DNA of 64,000 bases. Source: Eledone cirrhosa. Lineage: Eukaryota. Under the pieces are notes generated by a model. It saw only the letters and a program-made list of their open reading frames with translations. It was not told where the DNA came from and ran no database searches. Positions 49,575 through 63,925 of the stretch are shown here, one piece after another. Position numbers and translations under genes: made by a program. The stretch is taken from NCBI GenBank assembly GCA_964016885.1, contig OZ024744.1:20026001-20090000 (forward strand), given 5' to 3'. Each line of letters starts with the position of its first letter. Position 1 is the first letter of the stretch.

Positions 49575-52500
49575 CTGTTGATGTTGGAGGAAGACGAAGG
49601 AAATTGACAATAACCAACTGGACGAAAGAATTAAATAGAACTGTCAGGAAATGTTTACCCGAAGAGTAACCTCAAGGAAAAAGAATTGGAACGAGATTGG
49701 TCTATTTAAATTAGATGAACGAAAATTGGCCGGGCTGGCTCTGGTAATAATAACTAATTGATGTATAAGCGAGCTGTAACTTGAGGAACTGAGCAGAGAG
49801 ATTAAGTTGGAAATGGAGGGTGGAGTATGTCAGGCAAGCGAGCCAGTGGGAAATGAAGGTGAAGTGGTTGAGAGACCTGAGGAAGCACCCGAAGCAGACA
49901 ATGATCTGAATGCTGAAATAAATAACATCTGGAACAAAGATAGGGCCATTGAGGAAATTAATGCTGACGGGCTAGGACAAGATTTGGTTGATATCTTGAA
50001 CTTAGTGGTAGATGAAATGAACAATGATAGTGAGAAACCTATGAACCTAAGATTTGTAGACAGGAAAAAGTTAAAAGAAACAACAGCTAAGGTAAACAAA
50101 GTCATCCCATACCTTGAGTGGAGGAACCTTCACCAATGCAACAATATCCTCAAAGCAACCGCAAATGCGGTGAGGAAATTACTTGGCATAAAAACGAGAG
50201 GAAACAACAAACAAGACAGATCAGAACCTTGGTGGAAGAAACGACTGAATGGTCAAATCAGGGAAATGAGAAAAGACATTGGAAAGCTTGAGCCCCTACT
50301 GAATGGGACACTACAAAACATAGACAGTAAAGATAGATTGGAAATAAAATACAAAACTAGGGGGAAAAAGCTAAATATTATCATAGAGGAACTGAAGCAA
50401 CGCATTGTAGCAAAGAGTGCAAAGGTTAGGCGGTATGAGAGCAGAGTCAGTCAGTATAGGCAGAACCGCATGTTTGACAACAACCAGAAGATGTTGTTTG
50501 GACAGCTTGAAGGGAAAGAAAGAAGCAACGACTTGGTCCCTGAGGCGGAACAGACTAAGACAATCTGGAGAGGAATATGGGAGCAGGATGTTGAATATAA
50601 TAGTCAGGCAGTGTAGATTGAGACAGTTCAAAAGGAGATTAGTAAACAGGCACATCAACAACCTGATTTGAGTATCACAGTAGAAACTCTTAAAGGACAG
50701 GAAAAAAACTAACCAACTGGAAATCACCAGGCCCAGATGGTGTGCAAGGGTATTGGATTAAAAACATAACATCCCTCCACCCGAAACTGACAACCATGTT
50801 CAATGACTGCTTGATGTCGGGTGAAGTACCACAGTGGTTGACTAAAGGTACCACAGTTCTGGTAATGAAAGACCGAATCAAGGGTAATGATGTTACCAAC
50901 TATAGACCTATCACATGTCTGTCCGTAATGTGGAAACTGTTGCCAGGCATTGTGTCTGAGGAAATCTACCATCACCTCCACACAAACAACTTGCTACCGG
51001 ACGAACAGAAAGGATACCGAAAGAAGTCCCGTGGTACAAAAGACCAGCTACTTATTGATAAGATGGTAATGAGGAATTGCAAGAGGTGGAGAATCCTTGG
51101 GAGGCGTGAAGATCAAGAGAGTTATCTTCCAAGGAGATAGTTTGTCCCCTCTGCTGTTTGTCCTGGCCCTGGTACCCTTGACCGTTATATTGCGAAAAGT
51201 GAGAGTAGGAAACAAGTTGGAAAAAGGAGAGCTTACCATCAACCACCTCCTCTTCATGGACGATCTTAAACTCTTTGGGAAGAGTGAGGAGTTGGATGTA
51301 CTTGTCGACACTGTCCGTATTTTCAGCAATGATATATGTATGGAAGTTGGTTTTAATAAGTGTGGAATCCTAGTGATGAAGAGCCGTAAAGTGAGCAGAA
51401 GCAACGGAATCCAGGTACCAACAGGTGAGATGATAAAGGAAATTGACACTGAGGAGTAATACAAATATTTAGGTGTTCTGGAGGCAGATGACATGAAGAA
51501 CAAAAAATGAAGGAATTGATAAGATCTGAGTACATAAGGAGAGTAAGGAGCGTATTAAAATCACATCTAAATAGTAGGAATGCCATAAGTGCAGTCAATT
51601 CCCGAGTTGTGTCTATTATTAGGTACAGTGCGGGATTTCTGAAATGGAATGTTGCTGAAGAAAAAGAAATGGATAGGAAGACTAGGAAGCTATTGACTAA
51701 CTACAACATGATCCACAAGAGGAGTGATGTCGATAGACTCTACCTAAGGAGATCTGAGGGGTGAAGAGGTCTTATCAGCATAGAGGACTGTGCTCAGATG
51801 GAGAAAAACAACCTACACAAATAGGTGACTGATAGTAGAGAGGCAATGATAAAATTGTACTGAAGGAGAAGACAATAGAGCAGGGGATGTCCAAGGAGGA
51901 AATAACAACGAGGAATAAGAGCAACCTTCTTGAAAAATCCCTTCATAGTACCTTCTTTAAGAAAACTAAATTTAGAGATCCACAGACATGGAACGGGTTA
52001 AAAAGCGGAGACCTTAAAAAAGCTACAGACGGAATGCTAATGGCTGCCCCAGAGCAGGCCCTCAAAACGAATGTGGGTGAAACACCATATTTACAAGGAG
52101 GAGGCTAGCTCACTGTGTAGGATCTGTGGAGAGAGAGAGGAGACTGTGGCTCACATTGTATCCGAGTGTAAACACCTAGCCCAGACTAACTATAAAGGTT
52201 GGAGACATGATTTAATGGGCAGGGTGATCCACTGGCACCTATGCAATGTAAACAATTTACCACATTCTGAGAAGTGGTATGAGTATAAGCCAGAGGCGGT
52301 GATAGAAAACGATCAGGTGAAGGTGCTATGGGATTTTAGGATACAGACGGACAAGAAACTGGAACACAATAGAACTGACCTGGTGGTTTGGGACAAGGAA
52401 AAAAGGTCGTGCCTGATTGTAGATGTAGCCTGCACATTTGACACGGGAGTGCAAGAAAAGGAGAGGGAGAAAATTAACCGATACCAGGACTTAACGCGGG

Positions 52501-52765
52501 AGGTAAAAAGGATTTGGAACTGCCATGAAATCAGGGACGTCCCGATTGTCATAGGCGCACTAGGTACTATCTCAAAAGGTTTCCAAGGATGGTTAAATAA
52601 GATTAGACCAACCCCGCTTTTTGGAACACTTCAAAAGGCATGCTTGCTGGGAACAGCAAGAACCCTCCGATACGTTCTGAATATCTGACGCTGCAGGTAG
52701 CGGCTTTATATTCCTTTCAACAAACTTTCCAGTTAAATAACATCAATGACTGAGACCCAAAGAAA
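49575..52765 (+). mobile_element. R4/Dong-clade RLE non-LTR retrotransposon (defective, internal RT deletion)
   Basis: PWWKKRL, KSPGPDG, NYRPITCL, QGDSLSP, LFMDD, CRICGEREETVAHIVSEC, RHD, WDFRIQTD..HNRTDLVV restriction-like endonuclease; (AAT)n tail. Confidence 0.88.
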
Positions 52766-52830
52766 AATAATAATAATAATGGGACGAGTTTCATTGAACT
52801 AGTAACACAACAGTTAGTTCACCATACCAG

Positions 52831-53167
52831 AACAATTCTCCCCATCCCATTTCTCTTGGCCATCATCTTTTGTTTTGCACAAAATTCTCTAAAACGATAC
52901 AAAATAAATTCCCAAATACGGGCGCGAAATCTAACGAACATGTTCACGTGGCAGTCATAATTTCATTTATAACAAATCAAATTACATTTCAGCACATCAG
53001 TCATACTCAGAACAACTCTCTCCATCCCTTTTTCTTGACCATTATCTTTGTCTGGCACAAAATTCTCTAAAGGGCTATAAAAAAATTCCAAAATACGGTA
53101 GCGAAATTTAATGTACTTGTTCACCTGACAATCATAATTTTATTTCTAACCAATCAAATTACATTTA
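52831..53167. repeat. two degenerate direct repeats, period about 180 bp
   Basis: gcacaaaattctctaaa...aatcaaattacattt occurs twice. Confidence 0.7.
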
Positions 53168-53446
53168 ACAAAAGAAAACTGGCACGAAAGCTGATGCTTA
53201 TTCACGTGACTGCATCAACCAACCAAACTTCACTTATATATGAAAAAACAACCTGACCCCCCACCCTTTGTTTGAAGAACTTTGTAACGTGAACTGGCGC
53301 GAAGTTTATTATACTTATTCACCAACTAATCAAATTACTTCTCTAAAAACTGGCATTTCGAACCACTTTTCTCCATATAAAACAGAAGAAACATTCAAAG
53401 ACCAACTAGATGTGAGAAAAACCACAGACCCTCCATCTCAACTCTA

Positions 53447-53482
53447 CTTTTGAAAAGCAGAAGAACTGCGAAACCGGTAAAG
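53447..53482 (+). ncRNA. minimal type I hammerhead ribozyme motif (U3-A8 core variant) in a PLE terminus
   Basis: CTT-TTGAAAA-GCAG-aagaa-CTGC-GAAA-CCGG-TA-AAG. Confidence 0.65.
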
Positions 53483-53636
53483 GAACCAAATAAATATATA
53501 TATGAAAAAAAAAGACTCCAGTTGCATTTTCGACTTTATCTTTTTTCCTTATAATTTCACTCGTGTAGGATACCTCGGTTATTTTTCATTTTGTAAAAAA
53601 AACCTCACTTTCTATTATATATATATATATATATAT

Positions 53637-54502
53637 AATACATTATAAAGAAAGAAGAAACATTAGATATACCATACCCAAATTCCTTTATTAGTCCTCG
53701 ACGACGTAGTTTCGTGGCATATTATGCAAAAACACTACGTCACAGAGATATAGTATATTTGTGAGGTTTGTCGACTTATCGAGAGGATACCTCATTAAGA
53801 GTGCCAAAACACATCCGTAGGATGAGGTTGGTACCACAAATTCAGGGATATATGTGGATATATTAATGTATATGTATGTGTCCGCATGTATCTGTGTATT
53901 TCTTTATATTGTTTATAACTTCCTATGGTAGAGTAACCATTGAAATGTAGTGACTGCTGGAAAGCTATCATTACTCATACTTCTCGCTATCCGAGCCATC
54001 TCTTCTACGGCTTTGATATAAATACCCCCGCCGCCTTTTGTGGCATTTTTTTCTTGGTTGTAAGAGGCTTAGCTCTGTTTCTTGACCGCTATATCACGTG
54101 ATTGACTCCCCCTCCGCCTTTCGGGATTATATCTCGCGTCCTACGGATGTGTTTTGAAACTCTAAATGAGGTATCCTCTTGATAAGTCGGCAAACCTCAC
54201 AAGGATACTATATCTCTGTGATGTAGTGTTTTGGCATAATATACCACGAAACTACGTAGTCGAGGAGTAATGGAGGAATGTGTGTATGGTATATCTTATT
54301 AATTATATCTAATGTTTCTTCTTTCTTTATAATGTATTCTATAGCTCTGAAACTTAATCAATCTAATCCATTCGGATTATTTTGTCCCAGTTATTCATAG
54401 AGCAACAACGGTTGAGGTTGGCACCACAAATTTAGGGATATATGTGAATTTATTCATGTATATGTATGTGTCCGCATGTATCTGTGTATTTCTTTATATT
54501 GT
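53637..54502. mobile_element. PLE-like relic with about 185-bp inverted repeats and about 90-bp direct repeats
   Basis: 53637-53822 is the reverse complement of 54138-54338; 53823-53912 repeats at 54413-54502; GAAA-CTACGTAG-TC-GAG in both arms. Confidence 0.6.
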
Positions 54503-54595
54503 ATATATATATATATATATATATATCGAACCAACGTAAGTGTGTGTGTCTGTATGTAAGTATTTTTTATATATATGTGCGTATATATGTATACG

Positions 54596-54660
<65 letters not shown>

Positions 54661-54934
54661 ATATATATGTGTATGTATGTATGTATATGTGTATATGTGT
54701 ATGTTTATGTATACGTCTGTGTACGTGTATGTGTGCATATCTGTATGTGTGTGTGTGTGTATGTGTGTATGTGTATGTCTATATGTACAACACCATCTCC
54801 ATTGGCTCTCACCTTCCCTCTATCTTTGTTCTACGCCACCCCCACCGATACTCCCCCACTCTCTCTATATATATCCACACGCGCGCATGTACATACATGT
54901 GTGTATATATGCATATGTGTATATATGCATATAT

Positions 54935-56546
54935 ATGATCTTCTCAGCTAGACAGCTCCAGGAGAAGTGCACGGAAAAAGGCTTGGATCTGTATCAGGTT
55001 TTTGTCGATCTGACAAAAGCTTTCGATACTGTTAACAGAGATGCATTATGGAAGGTTCTCCAGAAACTTGGTTGCCCTGATAAGTTCCTTGCTTTAGTTA
55101 GGTCTTTCCATGACGACATGAAGGCTTGGGTTAATGTCGGGGGTAACATGTCGGAGCATATCTCAGTAAAAAATGGAGTGAAACGGGGAAATTCCAGCAC
55201 CGACCCTGTTTGCCATATACTTTGCAATGGTTTTCTGTATTGCATTCAGGAATTGCGGGCATGGTGTTTACATCCGATATCGAACCTCAGGCAGCATATT
55301 TAACACCAGGCGCTTTGCTGCGAAGACAAAAATATTTACATCAATCACAAGAGACCTCTTGTATGCAGATGATTGCGATCTTTTAGCGCACACAGAGAGT
55401 GATATGCAGCACATTTTGAATGCATTTTCTGACGCTTGCACTGTCCTAGGATTGACTGTCAGTCTCAAGAAAACCGTCGTCATGTACCAACCTGCCCCTG
55501 GTAAGCAGTACACTGAACCAAACATCTATGTGTATGGCAAACGACTTGGAGTGGTTGATAAGTTTGTCTACCTGGGAAGCAACCTTGACGGCAACCTTGA
55601 CGGTGAAATCTCACTTAGGATTAGGAAAGCAAGTGATGCTTTCGGAAAGCTAGAAAGGCGACTCTGCGGTCGGCGAGACATATGCAGGAGGACAAAGGTA
55701 AAGGTGTACAGGGCATGTGTGCTCTCTTGTCTTCTTTATGCCTGCGACACCTGGGTCACATATCGACACCACCTTAAGCAATTGGAGCGCTTCTATCAGA
55801 TGTGTCTCAGATGGATCCATGGCGTTCACTGGAGGGACCACATCAGTGATGTCCAGATTTTGGAAAGCTCTATGTGTGACAGTATAGAAGCTCTTGTGCT
55901 TAAGCAACGACTCCGTTGGAGTGGTCACCTTGCCAGGATGAAGGATTCTAGAATACCAAAACAACTCTTTTATGGAGAGTTGGTTAAAGGAAAACGACCG
56001 CCACATAAACCAAAAAAGAGGTATAAGGATTCCTTAAAAGCCTCTCTGAAAGACGCTAACATCTCTGCTGATACATGGGAAAATGTTGCTGCTGATCGTA
56101 ATAACTGGAGAAAGACTGTATATGAGGGAAAAGTTGCCTTTGAGGCATCTCGAATCGCATACAAGAAAGTAAAGCGGGATGTGAGGAACGGCATTGCTGT
56201 TGCACTACCAGACGGCGAGGGTCCTCCTATGGTGCTGACATGCAGCGTATGTGCGAGACTCTGCCTAAGCAAAGCTGGACTCGAAAGTCATCTTCGCAGT
56301 CATAAAGTAAGACCAGTGGTTGACTACCAGGCTGCTGTTGGAGATGCTACTCATCATGCTTGCCAAACATGTGGTAGAGAATGTAAATCAGCAGGAGGGC
56401 TCAAGCGACATGCAAAAGTACACGAACTCCGAACCACAGCCGACTATTCCCAGTGAATGTTTTGGTTGCCGACTCTGTGCAAGACATTTTAGATCATTGG
56501 CTGGGCTAAAAAGGCACATTCGATCGCAGCGCTGTTAGTTGCTATC

Positions 56547-56578
<32 letters not shown>

Positions 56579-56735
56579 GCTTATGCGTGTGCGTGTGTGT
56601 GTATATATATATGTATATGTATATTATTATTGTTGTTGTCGTTATTATTATTGTTGTTATTGTTATTATTATTATTATTGTTATTAATGTATGTGTGTGT
56701 GTATATGTGTGTGAGTGTGTGTGTGTGTGTATGTG

Positions 56736-56766
<31 letters not shown>

Positions 56767-56855
56767 CTTTTTTTTTATTTTTATTTTATTTTTCTTTATT
56801 TTTTTTTTTCTCCTCGTGCAATGGCCATACTCGATAACGAGGGGGCAGCCATCAT
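54935..56855 (+). mobile_element. RTE-clade LINE, 5'-truncated, with C-terminal C2H2 fingers
   Basis: MIFSARQLQEKC, FVDLTKAFDTVNR, LLYADD, FVYLGS, LRWSGHLARM; RTE-like 3' terminus near 56810-56855 after a microsatellite block. Confidence 0.88.
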
Positions 56856-56964
56856 ATATATGTATGTGTGGATCTATGTGGGCGCGTGTATGTGTGTGTA
56901 TATAAGTGTGTACGTATGTATATATATCAGTCTATATGCGCATGTATATATATATATATATACA

Positions 56965-57640
56965 ACGTATTTGTCAGACTAAGAGTGTCTAGATATGTAT
57001 CTCCCCATGGACTCCACACCACCAACACATCCACCACACCACCACAAACGCCACTACCATAAACAACAACACGACAACCACACCCAAACACGCCAACCCG
57101 TCTACCGAGAACCCACTACCCCCACAACACAGCCCATCCCAGTCAGCGACCGTCACCAACATCTTATCATCACATCCACCCCCACATACGCTAGAGGCCA
57201 GAGTCAATCCGCCACCACTACACCACAGCCCATCGCAGCCAACGACCGTCACCAAGATCTCACCATCACATCCACCCCAACATACACTACAGGCCAGTAC
57301 ATCCCTTTTAACCTTCTCACCAATCAAAACAACTCATATTGTCAAAATCTTCTGTCTTTACCACATAGCATGTATTTCATTTTCTTATAGCATTTTAAAG
57401 GGTCCGTCGAGCTGCCGATCATTGAGTCGGCTAGGATCGATACAGATCGAACATTGAGCTGATCAGTGGCGAAACGCGCGTCACCAACCAGTAAATGTAA
57501 TGAAGGAGTAACCAATCGTCCTTGTTATCCATTCAATATATTACAGTCTGTATAGCTCTACACCTCATCAGAGAAGTGAACCTAAACATCGAGTGCTCTC
57601 CCGAGTGAACCTACAGTAACTCCAAGTTACACCCCCTGGA
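56965..57640 (+). mobile_element. PLE 3' segment / pseudo-LTR upstream of long PLE
   Basis: SPHGL GIY-YIG-like tail, 96-bp tandem duplication, hammerhead-like GGT-CCGTCGA-GCTGCCGATCA...TGATCAGTGGC-GAAA-CGCGCG-TC-ACC at 57401-57485. Confidence 0.6.
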
Positions 57641-57667
57641 TATATATATATATACAGACACACACAC

Positions 57668-57797
<130 letters not shown>

Positions 57798-57911
57798 CAA
57801 CATTGAGGACCGAGTAAGTTATATTACCGATATAAAAGACAGAAGCGAGAAGCGAAAACCAACCAAACAGTGAGTGTGTTCTGTTATTAATTCTGGCAAT
57901 ATTACACAAAT

Positions 57912-60705
57912 ATGACCCTCCCCAAGTATAACAATATTTGTTTCGACACACGATTTCATATAACAAACCTCGCAAAACTAATTCATCGCCGCTATGGCAT
58001 TAGCTTCTGCCAAGCTGAAAGGTTATTGAAAGATACTGTTTTCTTTTATATAAAAACTACAATAACAACAGAACAAATCCGCTTCTTAAAACACTGTGTT
58101 TCCTCCAAAACATACACAACAAACATATCAAAACAAGTAAATAATTTATTATTGAACAAAACACAAGCTGAACGACTAAAACACACAATAACAGTTAATA
58201 TGAAAAGAACAACATACACAAAAGTCAACGAACTTTACAGACAGAAACGCATTAACGGTAAGTAAATCCGAAATCTCACCACACCAAACGAGAGGGATAA
58301 CTTCATGAGCGTCATCCGACGTGAAACGAAATACGCCCGAAACGAATGCTATAGGCATTTCAAGGAGAAATTAGAATGGATGAATAAGAAAAAACTACAA
58401 GAAAGGAAAATAGAATATTCTCAAAAATACCCAGATAACATCAACAATATTCGTATGACTGATGTAAAACTACCGGAAGAATTTACCAATGACCACACAG
58501 TAAATATTTATGGGAACACTTTAATCAGTGAACAAGAACAACAAATCCTGCGGCTACCACCAAAATTTGCCATCTACAAAAAGATTAACCCTATGGAATG
58601 CAAAACGGAGCTGGAAAAGTGTTTCACAAAAATACGTTGGAATGCAAAGGTAAACAACAACAATAACGGTAGTAGTAATATAAACAATAACTCTGGGTAT
58701 AGAAATAACAGCCATAACCATAACAATGGCAGGAAAGTGAGAAATAGTGATAATGGTAATAATACTAGCGATAGACAGAACAACAACAACCACAATAATA
58801 ATAATAATAGAAACATTAACCACAGACACAGCAGCAGCGACCACAGTAGTAATAACGATAACAATACGAACAACAACAACAATAACCACAGTGGTAATAA
58901 TGGAAATAGTACATGTAGCAACATCAATGACAGACACAACAAAAACAAGAAACATAATAAAAGTAACAACCACAATGGTAGAAATAACAGTAACAACAAC
59001 AATAACGGTGAAGTAAACAACAATACATCTAGCAATCATAACAATAATAATAATGCTAATGATAGAAACAACAACAACAACAACCATAATAACAATAATA
59101 GCAACACACACAACTATGACGATAGATATAATGACAACCCCTTAGAGAAACTATTTTTCAACACAGCTAACAAAACATATAAGATGGGTAATATCTATCC
59201 TACGAGGTTATCCTTTAATAAAAGAGTTTGCATACCACAACAAATAGATGACGAGACAGAGGCACAGTTCACCATAGCTAGAAATAAGATTAGACAAATA
59301 GTAGACCGGTATACTAAGAGACAGAGCAGACCAGAGGCCCAACAACCTGGGAGGAAACCTGTAGAAGGCTTGGTTAGCCTCAAGCAGCGCACAAGGGATG
59401 GTGAGGTAGTATGTCTACCCACGGATAAGTCTGGTAGGATGTCAATAGATAGCATGCCGAACTACATCAAGGCTATGCAACCCCACACCACCAACACGAG
59501 CGAAATTGCACAACAAACACACGATGGGAGAGAGAAAATCCTCAACGCTCACATGATGATGTGGACTGACATCCTAAAGCCAAGCAGAAGCACTTCTAAC
59601 AACTTCCAGGCGTCTAACAATGGCATACCACCCTTGTATGGGCTCCTCGAAGACCACAAGACAGTCGACGCCCCGACAACAGGACCACCAACAAGACCCG
59701 TATGCGGAGCTAATATAGCTAGTAACTACAGGATCTCCTACTTCCTCTCAATGGTTATACGACCTATAATCAAGATGTCCCCAGATGTATGTGACAGTAC
59801 AGAGGACCTCCTCAGCAGAATCAGTGAGTGCAACAAAAACAGGAACTTATCCAACTGCATAATAGGCAGCATGGATGTGGTGTCACTGTACCCATCCATT
59901 AACATTGATTTTGCTGTGAAAAGATGTGAGGAAATGATCATTGAGAGTGAGGTGGAGTTCTGCGACGTCGACACAGACGAACTGGGCCTCCTACTTAGAC
60001 TTACCTACGATACTGACTACCTAGACAGCCATGACCTTAGACGTTTCTGCCCTAGTAGACCTATAAGAGGTAGAACCCCCACCATAACCTCAATGGCAAA
60101 AAAGAGACTCCCATGGGAAGGTGGATTGGGTGGACCAAAGCTATACGGACCCCCAAAACAATGATCAGGTAAGAAAAATGGTCTCATATGCAATAGGGGC
60201 TAGTATCATAACTACCCTAAAGGGCCACATATTTAGGTTCAACGAGAAGATCTACACCCAAAATGAGGGAGCAGCTATCGGCGTCAGCATAGCTGGTGAT
60301 GTTGCCAACCTTTTCATGGTATGGTGGGAAAGGAGACTTAAAGATCTCCTTAATGAGAGCTCCATAGACCTCATCATGTACTCTCGTTATGTAGACGATA
60401 TCAATATAGTTATAAGAACACCCCCACTAGAGAGCACTAACAAATTTGATTTAGAGCGTAGCACGATGGAAAGCATCCAGCAGGTAGCTAATTCCATACA
60501 CCAGAGTATAACTGTAACTATTGACTTCCCTTCCAAACACCCTAACAATAGACTACCTGTATTAGACACAGATCTCTGGATTAACACTCTACACGAGGGA
60601 GCCCAAATTCTCCACTCACACTATACTAAACCCATGGCCTCCAAATACCTGATACTCAAATACTCAATGTCCAGTAGTGCTAAGTTTAATATTCTGCACG
60701 AGTGA
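57912..60705 (+). pseudogene. Penelope-like element reverse transcriptase ORF (in-frame stop, frameshift, 3' truncated)
   Basis: LRLPPKFA, PTDKSG, PLYGLLEDHK, TRPVC, SMDVVSLYPSI, GAAIG, YSRYVDD, LPVLD, YTKP; stop at 58263-58265 is in frame; no GIY-YIG domain seen. Confidence 0.88.
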
Positions 60706-60818
60706 AACTATAAGGAAAAAAGATGAAATCGAAAATGCAACTGGAGTCTTTTTTTTTTTTTTTTTAATATATATATTTATTTGGTAGCTTTATCGGTTTC
60801 GCAGTGCTTCTGCTTTTG
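60705..60818 (-). mobile_element. PLE terminus (same family as 3240 and 53410)
   Basis: Reverse complement of aaaagcagaag.actgcgaaaccg.taaag...gactccagttgcattttcga. Confidence 0.65.
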
Positions 60819-61008
60819 ATTAATAAAAAGGCCTCGGGCGCACCCGAACTACACCGATGTCCTGTAATTCAGCACCGAAACATCGGTTTGGGATACATTT
60901 ACAGCTGACGATGGAAACTCCTTTCTTCCTTTCTCCTCCTATTCCGTCCTAACCACTATTCTAAACCTTGTTTTTAGTAACCACACATCTCCTTTCGTTT
61001 CATAACTT

Positions 61009-61260
<252 letters not shown>

Positions 61261-61403
61261 AAATAGGAGGAAGAGAGGTAGTGACAGAGAATGAGTGAGT
61301 GAAGGGTGAGGAAGAGGCTAACAGAGACAGAGACTGCTAGAAAGGGTAAAGATACATAGAACGAAAAAGACGGTGTAGCAGCAGAGGAAAAAAATGTGTA
61401 AAT

Positions 61404-61769
61404 ATGATAATAAGGGCGCTGCGGAGTTGCAATCCCGTTAGACCTGTGCGAAATTCCTTCCTTGCTCACATTTCAACCAGGTTTGATGGTCTTTATTCTC
61501 TCGTTCACGATTTCACCGAACTTAAATTCATAGAAATCTAGGACTTGTCTCCTTCTTCCTCACTTTCTGTTGCTTCACCATTTTGTTTGTTTACCCTCGT
61601 GTCCCCTTTATTTACGTGTCCCAACGACTTTTTTTAGCCTTGCTCGCACCAACCGGAGGTATATGGTCTTTAAAGCGATGAAATGCCTATGATAGTTAGA
61701 AGATCACTGATGAAGGACAAACTTTTTTTATATGTAACCCATTTGCAACTCCGCAGCGCCCTTATTATC

Positions 61770-61771
<2 letters not shown>
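61404..61771. mobile_element. MITE-like element with perfect 29-bp inverted repeats
   Basis: ATGATAATAAGGGCGCTGCGGAGTTGCAA at 61404-61432 and its exact reverse complement at 61743-61771; right half homologous to 36600-36745. Confidence 0.6.
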
Positions 61772-61813
<42 letters not shown>

Positions 61814-62059
61814 AAATAAAGATAAATTAAATGAATTTAATCTAAATCGAAATTGTGGGTGTCATGTCATAATGGCATACGCCATATCACCTGGAAATAA
61901 GCTCAAAGATAAATCCGAGCATTTTATAATAACTAGAAATTGATTAACATATAAATATACATGAATAATCACAGGAGATAATTTGTACACGCGTGTAACG
62001 ACGCATAGCTAGTTTGGGTAATAATTAAATTTATACCTCTCTTCATTCACTCTTTGTTT

Positions 62060-63786
<1,727 letters not shown>

Positions 63787-63787
63787 G

Positions 63788-63841
<54 letters not shown>

Positions 63842-63889
63842 ATATATATACATATATATATATTTAATATTACTATTATTATTGTTTTT

Positions 63890-63925
63890 CTTGATGTCAG
63901 CCCTTGTGGCCAATATAGAAATCAT
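63890..63925 (+). mobile_element. Tx1 3' tip (G-like)
   Basis: atgtcagcccttgtggccaatatagaaatc matches G terminus atgtcggcccttgtggccaataaatgaaatc; sits after an (ATT)n run. Confidence 0.65.

Noticed and set aside
58250-58270. G|GTAAGT at the end of ORF 57912-58265 as an intron donor
   Set aside because: The downstream ORF is in the same frame, so a single nonsense mutation explains it; only one copy is available.
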